Source: Leptospirales bacterium (lineage in GTDB: Bacteria; Spirochaetota; Leptospiria; Turneriellales; JAOUFE01). From it: 64,000 bases of DNA. The DNA is taken from assembly GCA_040326155.1 (NCBI GenBank), contig JBEQLE010000011.1, forward strand, positions 8,077 to 72,076, written 5' to 3'. Position 1 is the first letter of the stretch, and every line of letters begins with the position of its first letter. The notes under the pieces are model-generated. The model saw only the letters and a program-made list of their open reading frames with translations. It was not told where the DNA came from and made no database searches. A program made the position numbers and the translations under genes. Of this stretch, positions 19,845 through 28,436 are shown piece after piece.

Positions 19845-21761
19845 TTATGGGTTTTGCATCCATGTCGTGTAGCCATCAATGGTCGGGTCGCCTGTGTCTA
19901 TGACGACGAGTTTTCCGGTTGCGGTGGGAGCGTAAATTTTCCCTTTGTATAATAGAGGTTGGGAACGAATTGGTTCTCCGATATCATACTCTTTTACTAC
20001 CAGACCAGTGTCTACCTGAATTGCTATAATTTTACCGTCAATTGTTCCGAAGAATAGTCGGCCGCCAGCGTAGGAAGGGGAAGTTACCGGAGAACCGCCT
20101 TGTGCTATGCCGATAACTGGTATTTCGTATTTCCACAAGAGCATTTTTGTCAAAGGGTCAAAGGCCCGAACGGTAGTTCCCATCGCTGCGATAATTTTAT
20201 TTTTATAGAAGCCCGTGTGGGAGCCTTCATATGCCTGCATCGTAGAAACGCTTTTTCTTCCAATGTGTACAAAGGACGCTTCAGGATGTAGCAGTGCCGG
20301 AGCTCCACTATAGAGGCCACCATTCCTGTCGTATAACACCCCCGCCATGGAATAGGGTGTATCGTCTTGTATGCGGTAATCGATATATCTGGCGTCCAGA
20401 CCAGTACCTACATATCGATTTGTAAAATCTCTCTTAGATATGGCCGGGGCTTCCACCGCAACTTTGCCCGTTTGTTCATCGATACGTTTTGTATAGTAAA
20501 GGTGTGACCCGGCAACAAAAACAGGAGACGTTGCCCGCTCCCGACTGACTGTTAACACAGTGCCATCATTTTTTGAAAATCTGTAAATTGCTCCACTGTG
20601 CGTTGTTGTATAAATATCTTTTCCAGCCAGAACCGGGGCTGTAATGACATCACTGTCGACCCATTGTTGCCAAAGTATTTTTCCATCAGTTAAGGAAAAA
20701 GCCCCCAGAACATGAGTAGGGGCCAGGTTTCCTTCTGCGGAACTATATATATCGGAAGGGTAAACAGCGTAATAAGCATTGTTGTCAGCTGCGGGTGTTG
20801 TCGGAAGAACGCCCGATACAAAAAAGGAAAGTATCATTTCACCTGTTTCTCGGTCGAGCAAAAATATAGTACAAGATTCCGTGCTTAATATAATATATTT
20901 ACCACCGCAAACAGCTGATGAAGGGCCGGCGTCGTTCATGGTGACGCCCCAGATAAGATCGCCCTCAAGAGTAAAGGCATAATATGTACTGCTGTTGAAT
21001 CCACCGCTTACGAATATTTTGTCATCGCAGATAACGGGCGTTGGCACCGGGCTTTGGGATGGAAGTGAAAGTATAAAACCATTTTCAGTTTTTGCTTTAA
21101 AGTTTTCCGTTTGTTGGTGTATGTGGGCACCGCTACTTCGAAACTGAGTCGGAGGTTGTGGTTTTCCATCTGCATTCCAGCTTAAAACCTCAGATAAAAT
21201 ATCCCCTTCTATGAACTCCCTTTTTATAGCTTCTTCGATTCTTTCTTTAATAAAATAGCCTTTTCCGTCAGTTATATCTTTTAATGTTATAACAAAACCG
21301 TGCCACCAGTTCTGGGCCTCGTAATCGAAGGTGCAACCGGTTTGCACGATTTTGCCCCAGACAACTTTCTTGTTGGTGAAAAACTTTTGATTGAAATTAT
21401 AGAACGCTTCGACTCGTTGTTTGTCAACTGCGTTGGACGCATAGTATACGTCATTTGCGCATCTCGCCGTAACATATTCGACTTTTGCAATAATATTTCG
21501 GGAAACTAAAGCGTATTTTTTCAGGTCTTTTTCGGAAAGGTTCAGTTTGTCGTACTCTAACCGAATGGCTATCTGGTTCGATTTTATTTTATCCGGATTA
21601 AACCTTCGGACCGTTGTCTCTTGTGAACCCAACACGCGGGCCACCTGCCCTTCCATGGCGAGAATCTCTTTTTTTCGATTGATCTGGGAATTGGTTCCGG
21701 TTGAAAATAAAAACAATAAAAATGATAAACCAAAAATTACAAAAGTTGTTTTGCGACGCAT
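19845..21761 (-). CDS. Secreted PQQ-binding-like beta-propeller protein with extra N-terminal domain
   Basis: Signal peptide; repeated A.D..DG..LW / SP...G..F.G..DG blades. Confidence 0.85.
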   Translation of the reverse strand: MRRKTTFVIFGLSFLLFLFSTGTNSQINRKKEILAMEGQVARVLGSQETTVRRFNPDKIKSNQIAIRLEYDKLNLSEKDLKKYALVSRNIIAKVEYVTARCANDVYYASNAVDKQRVEAFYNFNQKFFTNKKVVWGKIVQTGCTFDYEAQNWWHGFVITLKDITDGKGYFIKERIEEAIKREFIEGDILSEVLSWNADGKPQPPTQFRSSGAHIHQQTENFKAKTENGFILSLPSQSPVPTPVICDDKIFVSGGFNSSTYYAFTLEGDLIWGVTMNDAGPSSAVCGGKYIILSTESCTIFLLDRETGEMILSFFVSGVLPTTPAADNNAYYAVYPSDIYSSAEGNLAPTHVLGAFSLTDGKILWQQWVDSDVITAPVLAGKDIYTTTHSGAIYRFSKNDGTVLTVSRERATSPVFVAGSHLYYTKRIDEQTGKVAVEAPAISKRDFTNRYVGTGLDARYIDYRIQDDTPYSMAGVLYDRNGGLYSGAPALLHPEASFVHIGRKSVSTMQAYEGSHTGFYKNKIIAAMGTTVRAFDPLTKMLLWKYEIPVIGIAQGGSPVTSPSYAGGRLFFGTIDGKIIAIQVDTGLVVKEYDIGEPIRSQPLLYKGKIYAPTATGKLVVIDTGDPTIDGYTTWMQNP

Positions 21762-22023
21762 AACTCCATTCCTCCTTGAATATTGCTCGGGTCCTGTACT
21801 AAACTTTATTACGCTAGCATAATGAATAGATACGGCAAAAAGTCAATCCGTTTTCTTTTACCAAACATAGCCACAGCCATAAGAAATACGCGGTAATGTA
21901 AGAAGCAACCAACGTTGAGATAAGATTAATCCTACTACTGTAAAAAGAGCGCTATCTTGTGAGATTCTTTTGTGGTTTTGTCAAGCAATGTAGGCGCAAT
22001 TTAATGTTGCGGTGTTGTTTTGG

Positions 22024-22587
22024 CTACCAGTATTCTGATTCATGGAATCTGTCCAGCTGGAGGCGCACGTATTCTGGTGGTGAGGTGGGTAATTCAACAC
22101 CTCCATACAATTTAATACCCAGCCAGTAGAACGCGAGACGGTGAAACTGCGAAGAGTTCTCGCTCAACCCCCTTACAAGCTCATCCAAATACCACTCCAG
22201 GGCCAGACGAACCAAACGAGACATCGTCCAATGCATTAACCCGGCCGTCATGCGAATAAACATCTCGTCAGAACCATAAAGGCACAACTTATGCCGATGC
22301 AAATGCTCTTCACTGCTTTGCAACTTTACTCGCCGATTCAAAGACTGATATTTCTTCCACTTATCATGTTTTCCTGATTTCAACACACAATTCGTAATAA
22401 ACATAAAAGGATCTTTCCTTTTAATTAAACGAAAAACACAATAACGTACCACCCAGGAATAACTCGTTTTCTTCGCCTCAGAAATTCGCACTACTTTTTC
22501 CCAGGCATTCGCGTTCACCCGAATCTCCAGAAAATGATCTACATGTACGCCCAGTCTATAAAGTGGTTCACTGTTTCTATTCACCAT
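22024..22587 (-). CDS. Uncharacterised protein, putative tandem ribbon-helix-helix (paralogue of 56960-57523)
   Basis: LEIR...YSWVVRY, HRHKLCLYGSDEMFIR...MSRLVRLAL, LGIK.Y.GV, terminal S.YW. Confidence 0.75.
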   Translation of the reverse strand: MVNRNSEPLYRLGVHVDHFLEIRVNANAWEKVVRISEAKKTSYSWVVRYCVFRLIKRKDPFMFITNCVLKSGKHDKWKKYQSLNRRVKLQSSEEHLHRHKLCLYGSDEMFIRMTAGLMHWTMSRLVRLALEWYLDELVRGLSENSSQFHRLAFYWLGIKLYGGVELPTSPPEYVRLQLDRFHESEYW

Positions 22588-22623
22588 ACTTGTGTTATAT
22601 AGAAAAAAGCGATTTTTTTACAC

Positions 22624-22782
22624 TAGTGCTGTGACTGGATAGATGTTACATTAGCTTGTTTCAATATAATCTATCTAGTCACTGCTTAAGTCATAGACTC
22701 TGAGTGCAAAAGGCACTTCGAGTGGCGTTTCCACTTGAATTTGTGAAGCGGTAGCGGAAAAAATTAAAAAGACACGGCACTA
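22624..22782. other. Structured intergenic element (MITE-like or ncRNA)
   Basis: Terminal IRs TAGTGCTGTG/CACGGCACTA; three internal hairpins. Confidence 0.45.
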
Positions 22783-22880
22783 ACTCGACTTAAATTATAC
22801 AGAATTTGTTTTTTTTAAAGAAATGTTTCACGGCTTCGGCTCACCGAATAAGTTGTTACAATTTGTTGTCGCTATTTGTA

Positions 22881-23060
22881 TTAATCGCGAATTCGATCCA
22901 GTACGCTTTCAAGTTTTTTACGCTTTTTGCTTCCGAGGTTTTTGGGAGAATCTGAACAAAGATGGTCACAGGTTTTCTGGTTTCCTTTGGCATAAAATAT
23001 TTTGCCACAAACAACGCATGTACGTTTATCCGGTGTTTTTGAACCCATTGAAATTTTCAT
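22881..23060 (-). CDS. Small 59-aa Cys4 zinc-finger-like protein (not in ORF track)
   Basis: Manual translation MKISMGSKTPDKRTCVVCGKIFYAKGNQKTCDHLCSDSPKNLGSKKRKKLESVLDRIRD. Confidence 0.6.
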   Translation of the reverse strand: MKISMGSKTPDKRTCVVCGKIFYAKGNQKTCDHLCSDSPKNLGSKKRKKLESVLDRIRD

Positions 23061-23203
23061 ATATTTGTCTGCACCATTGGTTACATAAAACGTACAGTCA
23101 AGGTTTAACCACTGCCCCCGTTTCGTAAATTGAACCTTCCGTTAAGGAAAACTAATAATTGTTGACGAATGACAGCTGAAAAATATACAAAGGTTCAGAC
23201 ATA

Positions 23204-23467
23204 ATGGAACAAGTAACCCTCGAAGAATACCCAGGCAAAGGTTTTACCCCTGAAGGACCGGCGGGACCAGAAATAAACATGCCACCCGATGGAGAGTATG
23301 AAGATGTAGATTATAATAAAGATAAATTTCTTGGCTCTACGAAATCCCCACCAGGGTATCGGAGCAAAATAATACACTTAGAACCGAATACAGATAAGTA
23401 CGAAAAATGTTTAGAACAGTTCCAAGAGAAGATACAAGAGCATATTATAAATGAAAAACCTGACTAA
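23204..23467 (+). CDS. Small acidic protein with DKFLGSTKS motif
   Basis: 87-aa ORF; motif shared with the next gene. Confidence 0.65.
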   Translation: MEQVTLEEYPGKGFTPEGPAGPEINMPPDGEYEDVDYNKDKFLGSTKSPPGYRSKIIHLEPNTDKYEKCLEQFQEKIQEHIINEKPD

Positions 23468-23507
23468 ATATTTCTTGCCATGACACCGGCTGCATACATG
23501 GTACATT

Positions 23508-23903
23508 ATGTCCAAGCCAATTCAAGATAAAATACTAAAAACCGGTGCCCTTTTATTTTCTGCCGCCATCGGAATTAGCATATTATATGCCGCCTCCAAC
23601 GAAAAATCTAATATTAAAACAGAGCAAGTCGAGCAAATACAAACAGAAGAGGAAACTCCGAAGTTGACCCTGGAACAAGAAGAAGAGTGTGCAACACTCA
23701 AAATGGATTATGAAAACGAGAAAAGAAAATACGATGACAAGTATCTCAGCACCACAAAATCGGCAGCCCCTGCAATAACCCTTTTTGAACTGGAACAAAA
23801 ATGGAAGGAAAAATGTAAACCTGATTCTGCAGGCGCTCCCGAATCAGCTGACACATTAAATTCACCCGACCTTATTATTCCCAACGACCCTGAAAATAAA
23901 TGA
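23508..23903 (+). CDS. Small exported/anchored protein with DKYLSTTKS motif
   Basis: N-terminal hydrophobic helix; two Cys flanking the motif; ATGA overlap with desaturase. Confidence 0.75.
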   Translation: MSKPIQDKILKTGALLFSAAIGISILYAASNEKSNIKTEQVEQIQTEEETPKLTLEQEEECATLKMDYENEKRKYDDKYLSTTKSAAPAITLFELEQKWKEKCKPDSAGAPESADTLNSPDLIIPNDPENK

Positions 23904-24709
23904 TACTACTGCTAAACGAATTTGTTGATATATCAATCTATTTTTTACTCATCGGCATAGGGCTCGCACCGCTCGAAAGAGTCTTTCGTAAAAACAGACA
24001 ACCATTCTTTCGTAAAGAGTGGTGGACCGATGTCACCTTCTACCTGTTGCAAAATATGGTTTGGACAAAAGCCACGCTTTTTTGCCTCATCTTTATCGAC
24101 GGTCTAACAACAAACTTCGACCAATCTGCGTTACGCAATTTTATTATGGGATTGTCTTTCTGGGCGCAAACCATTTTAGTATTTTTTTTATCAGACCTGC
24201 TCATTTACTGGGGCCACAGACTATCTCATAAAAGCGATCTACTCTGGAGATTTCACCGGGTCCACCATACCCCCGTCGCGCTCGACTGGGCTGCGGCTTT
24301 TCGGGAGCATCCGCTCGACAATATTTACACACGAATTTTAGTCAACCTGCCACCACTGGCTATGGGGTTTTCCCTGGAGAGCGTTTCGACATTTGTTGTG
24401 TTCCGAGGTCTTTGGGGGAACTTTATTCATTCCAATACGCCTTTTGGCCTGGGGCCTTTTAAATATATTCTGGGTTCGCCAAGACTGCACCACTGGCACC
24501 ACGACATAAAATACAATAGTCGCTGCAACTTCGCCAACCTCATGCCCTTAATGGACGTCATGTTCGGAACATTCTACGACCCTGGAAAATTTCCCGAAAA
24601 GTATGGAATACCTGAAAACATTTCACATAACTATTTTGCCCAACTCATCACCCCGTTTTTGCCGAAAAAACTTAGACATAAATTTAACGCGAAACTGGTG
24701 AAAAGGTAA
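23900..24709 (+). CDS. Sterol desaturase / fatty acid hydroxylase superfamily membrane di-iron enzyme
   Basis: His boxes HRLSH, HRVHH, HSN, HHWHH. Confidence 0.93.
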   Translation: MILLLNEFVDISIYFLLIGIGLAPLERVFRKNRQPFFRKEWWTDVTFYLLQNMVWTKATLFCLIFIDGLTTNFDQSALRNFIMGLSFWAQTILVFFLSDLLIYWGHRLSHKSDLLWRFHRVHHTPVALDWAAAFREHPLDNIYTRILVNLPPLAMGFSLESVSTFVVFRGLWGNFIHSNTPFGLGPFKYILGSPRLHHWHHDIKYNSRCNFANLMPLMDVMFGTFYDPGKFPEKYGIPENISHNYFAQLITPFLPKKLRHKFNAKLVKR

Positions 24710-24811
24710 AAGAAAATCGGGCCAGATGGGCCCGGGCTCCGGCTGCTGTCTGGCGACCGTTTTCGCGCAAAAAGAACCTGTGACCTAATTTATAAAAATA
24801 AAACAATGATG

Positions 24812-24884
24812 TTTTAACGAACGTCTTCGTCCCTCAGCCTCGCTCAAACTCAGCATCCTCCGCCTCAGGTTTCGCAATGATATT
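24812..24884 (+). repeat. Degenerate partial copy of the attC-like repeat
   Basis: CCTCAGGTTTCGCAATGATATT (24863-24884) is 20/22 identical to 16947-16968. Confidence 0.5.
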
Positions 24885-24919
24885 CTACAACAATCATATA
24901 AATACATATTGCGATTTAA

Positions 24920-25064
24920 TTAGTAAATTTCATCATGTTTTCCAATATCAACTAATATTGCCTTACTTTTTTCTTCACTAAATTGAAAAATTAAACGGTG
25001 ATCATATGTAATACGAAGTGCCCAACATTCTTTTAAAGCCTGGATCCCATACGATTTCAATCAT
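24920..25064 (-). pseudogene. YafQ/RelE-type toxin with internal deletion and frameshift
   Basis: MIEIVWDPGFKR joined out of frame to LKECWALRITYDHRLIF...DIGKHDEIY. Confidence 0.8.
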
Positions 25065-25266
25065 TTAAATCTTTCATTAAATCCTTAACGGACCCGACTT
25101 TAGACTTTCCATTTTTAAAGCTGGATATGGCTTCATTGCTACGCTGACGAATATTGTCACGTCTGGCTTCGATAAGCATTTTATCAAACACTTCTTTAAC
25201 ATATTCCTTGTCTTCCAGAGCAAGTTCATCCAATTCACTGATCACTTTATCAATCGTTACTGACAT
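25057..25266 (-). CDS. Putative type II antitoxin
   Basis: 69 aa ending GSVKDLMKDLND; overlaps toxin start. Confidence 0.75.
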   Translation of the reverse strand: MSVTIDKVISELDELALEDKEYVKEVFDKMLIEARRDNIRQRSNEAISSFKNGKSKVGSVKDLMKDLND

Positions 25267-25443
25267 TATTAAATACCTTTAGATAAATATGATATACTTT
25301 CCCGCCCTTGTCAACATTTTATTTCCCCCACAATTTGTACCGCAATAAATCCTAATTGAGATATTTACATAAATGTTGCACTAATTCCAATGTAATTCGG
25401 GCCTTGAAATAATTCATTTGCTATAGAATTATGTATTCCTACG

Positions 25444-25552
25444 ACGCCTCAACAAATTTCATCTGCTCACGCCCGACTACGCGTGCGCTCGGGTCTCACA
25501 ATGGTATATTCCATCAATTGAATTTACAGTAAAGTGATTTTCTTTTCTGTTG
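25444..25552 (+). repeat. Truncated copy of the attC-like repeat (left part)
   Basis: ACGCCTCAACAAATTTCATCTG...GGTCTCACAATG...TTTACAGTAAAG, colinear with 16906-16994. Confidence 0.65.
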
Positions 25553-25554
25553 TA

Positions 25555-25767
25555 TTATTGCCAGTCGACGAGATTGATATTTTCAATTCGCTTAAATTCT
25601 CGTGTATTGTTTGAAACCAATACATAGTCATTCATCATTGCTGTAGCTGCAATCATTAGATCATATGGTCCGATAGGTTCACCTTTTCGTTCTAGCGTAG
25701 CTCGAATTTTCCCACAGAATTTGGCTGCACCATCATTAAATTCTGCCGTAGCAAAAGAGTCTAAGAA
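25555..25767 (-). pseudogene. vapC: VapC (PIN domain) toxin C-terminal remnant
   Basis: Manual translation FLDSFATAEF...IRATLERKGEPIGPYDLMIAATA...LVSNNTREFKRIENINLVDWQ. Confidence 0.85.
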
Positions 25768-26924
25768 TTACTCTGTTTTCCTAAAATAATGCGATTTCTT
25801 CCACTTGCCTTGGCTTTGTATAAAGCTTTATCCGCAACGCTTATTAATTCTTTTCCTTTTAAACGGTCCTCTGGATTCGCTGTGGCAACGCCAATGGATA
25901 CAGTAACGTGATCAGCAACATTAGATTTTCGATGCATAATCTTCTTTTCTTCTATCCTTTGTCTGAGATTTTCTGCCAATAAAGTTGCCCCAGATTCACT
26001 TGTCGCAGGTAATAATACAACGAACTCTTCACCGCCATATCGGGCAACAAAATCGCCTGGCCTGTTAAATAACTTTTTTAAAACCTTTCCAACAGCTCTT
26101 AAGGCTTTGTCACCGGCCTGATGCCCAAATGTATCATTGTATTTTTTAAAATAGTCTACATCTATCATAAACAAGGATAATGGATTTTTGAATCTTTTAG
26201 AGCGTTTCCACTCCAGGGCTATAGTTTTGTTAAAAATTCGACGGTTATACAAACCGGTTAGTTCATCGATTTCCGATAAATTTTTTAACTTTTGCTCGGT
26301 TTTTTTCAATGCAGAAATATCGGTACCGTAAATATTGATATAATTCCGGTCATGAACATTAGTAAAATGAAAAGAAAGAATTTTCCCTGCCCATATATAT
26401 TCAACATCTTCTGACTCCCCTTTATGAACCACCTTATTCAGGGTCTCCTCCCATTGGATTGGTAATGCTGTAATACTTCCTTCTGAATTTTTGCAACCAA
26501 ATAAATTACAGGCTGACTGGTTTGCATATAATATTTTATTGTCATATGAAATTCTAAAAACGGGATTTGGATTCTCTGAGGGCATGTCGGCGATTTTTCT
26601 CGTTTCCATTTCTGAATTTTTCAACCGTATACCAAGATACCCGGTTATTGAAATCGCTAAGATGGCAAGTAACCGATTAGACAAAACCATCCATAAAAGC
26701 CCACCGATTGGTGAAAGAATATAGCCAAGTATTGTTAAACCTATACAGAATATGCTGATAAAACATGTAATCCGCGTATTTTTTAATTGAAGCGAGATCA
26801 GTACAACAACGATGTAGGGAACACCCCCCGCTACTCCCAATGGAATATTGTAGTCTATCCAGAATATTGTTGCAATGACAAATGCTAATATAATATATAT
26901 TTTTCTATTTACATTAGATAACAT
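25761..26924 (-). CDS. Membrane PAS-GGDEF diguanylate cyclase
   Basis: 4 TM; ENPNPV PAS-like segment; RPGD I-site; ARYGGEEF. Confidence 0.93.
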   Translation of the reverse strand: MLSNVNRKIYIILAFVIATIFWIDYNIPLGVAGGVPYIVVVLISLQLKNTRITCFISIFCIGLTILGYILSPIGGLLWMVLSNRLLAILAISITGYLGIRLKNSEMETRKIADMPSENPNPVFRISYDNKILYANQSACNLFGCKNSEGSITALPIQWEETLNKVVHKGESEDVEYIWAGKILSFHFTNVHDRNYINIYGTDISALKKTEQKLKNLSEIDELTGLYNRRIFNKTIALEWKRSKRFKNPLSLFMIDVDYFKKYNDTFGHQAGDKALRAVGKVLKKLFNRPGDFVARYGGEEFVVLLPATSESGATLLAENLRQRIEEKKIMHRKSNVADHVTVSIGVATANPEDRLKGKELISVADKALYKAKASGRNRIILGKQSNS

Positions 26925-27013
26925 AAACCCTCCTATTCCTATTCCCTGTTTTTAGGTTTCTACCTCTACCACTATTATGATTATAAATAACCTTCCCCTA
27001 TATCCATTGTATG

Positions 27014-27030
27014 CGCAAATAACATGCCAT
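27014..27030 (-). promoter_or_regulatory. sigma54 (-24/-12) promoter of the diguanylate cyclase
   Basis: TGGCATGTTATTTGC = GG-N10-GC, ~90 bp upstream of ATG 26924. Confidence 0.6.
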
Positions 27031-27339
27031 CCTATTACAGCTGAAATCGTTAAAAAACTATACAAATTCACGAATATATTTGCAAATTGATATCCCATTT
27101 TATCTAATAAAAAAGAAAATGTAAAGAACAAATTTCATCTACTCAGGCCACCACCCGACGCATGAATAGTATAACAACGATTAATACTCTTGACGTGGCA
27201 CCAATAGTCTGTACTGTCTCACATCAGTATTTTACAAAGAAAAATCACGAGAATAGACTCCAATTACCCCCCTACCGACATCAAGACACAATTGTGTCTA
27301 AATCATTTTGGACAACTAAAAAAAGGAGCTGAATTATAA

Positions 27340-28425
27340 ATGGCTGAAGAATGGGTTGAACAGATGCAAAATCAGGTGAATACGCTTGAAAAACTCCAGA
27401 AATATATTAATGTCTCAGATTCGGAAGCTGAAGCAATTCAGTCCATGGAAACAAGATGGGGTACTACACCCTACTTTGCTTCTTTAATGGATAAGGATGA
27501 CCCCAACTGTCCTATCCGACGTCAGGTAATTCCATCCATGCAAGAAAATAAAAATGTATGGGGCATGGAAAACTATCTCGTCTGGAAAGAAAATAGAGCA
27601 ACAGAAGAAGTTCGCCCCGATACCATCGCCCGACAATACAAAGATCGTATAGCTTTTACGGTTACGGAAGTTTGTGGTATATATTGCCGTCACTGCTTTC
27701 GCAAAGAGTTAGTTGTAGACCGAAAATTAAAGTTGCGTTTTGATATTGAAGAAGGGCTAAAGTGGATTTCAGAACACAAAGAAATTCGCGATGTACTGGT
27801 TACCGGTGGCGACCCCTTGATTTTATCAGACGATAAACTCGAATACATTGTCACCAAACTTCGTGAAATACCCCATATACAAATGATACGTATAGGTACA
27901 CGCTTTCCCATTATTTTGCCTCAACGAATAACAGAGGGCTTAAAAAAAGCCATCGGGGGTTTTCACAAAGTACCAGTCTGGATAAACACACAGTGCAATC
28001 ACCCGAACGAAATAACGGAGCATACCGCAAAAGCCGTTTACGAACTTTTAAGTTGCGGCATTAACGTAGGCAACCAGGCAGTTTTACTCAAAGGGATTAA
28101 TGACGATGTCGATACCTTCCGAGAATTACATCAAAAATTATTGCGCACCCGAATTCGTCCTTACTATTTATTTTATTGTGAACCTGCGCCGGGCATAGAC
28201 CACTTTCGCACTCCTGTAGAAAAAGGCGCGGAGTTAATACGCGACGCCTTGCGAGGTCATACTACCGGTTTGGCGCAGCCTATGTATGTACTGGCAACGA
28301 AAATTGGTAAAATTCCACTGATGCCCGATTATTATATGGTAAATAAAGATGAGAGTGAATATACACTGCGCAACCATCGTGGCGAAACGACTAAAATTCC
28401 GGTCATCCCGGACGTAGAGCCATAA
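27340..28425 (+). CDS. KamA family radical SAM aminomutase
   Basis: CGIYCRHCFRK; VTGGDPL; NHPNEIT; NQAVLLKGIND; GKIP lysine. Confidence 0.92.
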   Translation: MAEEWVEQMQNQVNTLEKLQKYINVSDSEAEAIQSMETRWGTTPYFASLMDKDDPNCPIRRQVIPSMQENKNVWGMENYLVWKENRATEEVRPDTIARQYKDRIAFTVTEVCGIYCRHCFRKELVVDRKLKLRFDIEEGLKWISEHKEIRDVLVTGGDPLILSDDKLEYIVTKLREIPHIQMIRIGTRFPIILPQRITEGLKKAIGGFHKVPVWINTQCNHPNEITEHTAKAVYELLSCGINVGNQAVLLKGINDDVDTFRELHQKLLRTRIRPYYLFYCEPAPGIDHFRTPVEKGAELIRDALRGHTTGLAQPMYVLATKIGKIPLMPDYYMVNKDESEYTLRNHRGETTKIPVIPDVEP

Positions 28426-28436
28426 ACCTTTAATAG

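Noticed and set aside
22823..23128. 101-aa plus-strand ORF
   Set aside because: Shadow of the more protein-like Cys4 ORF on the minus strand.
23730..23770. STTK read as a serine beta-lactamase/PBP SxxK motif
   Set aside because: The protein is far too small, lacks SxN/KTG motifs, and the paralogous motif (GSTK) does not keep the spacing.
27340..28425. Calling the KamA-family gene epmB or kamA
   Set aside because: No efp/epmA or lysine-fermentation context and a divergent PLP loop; substrate cannot be assigned.
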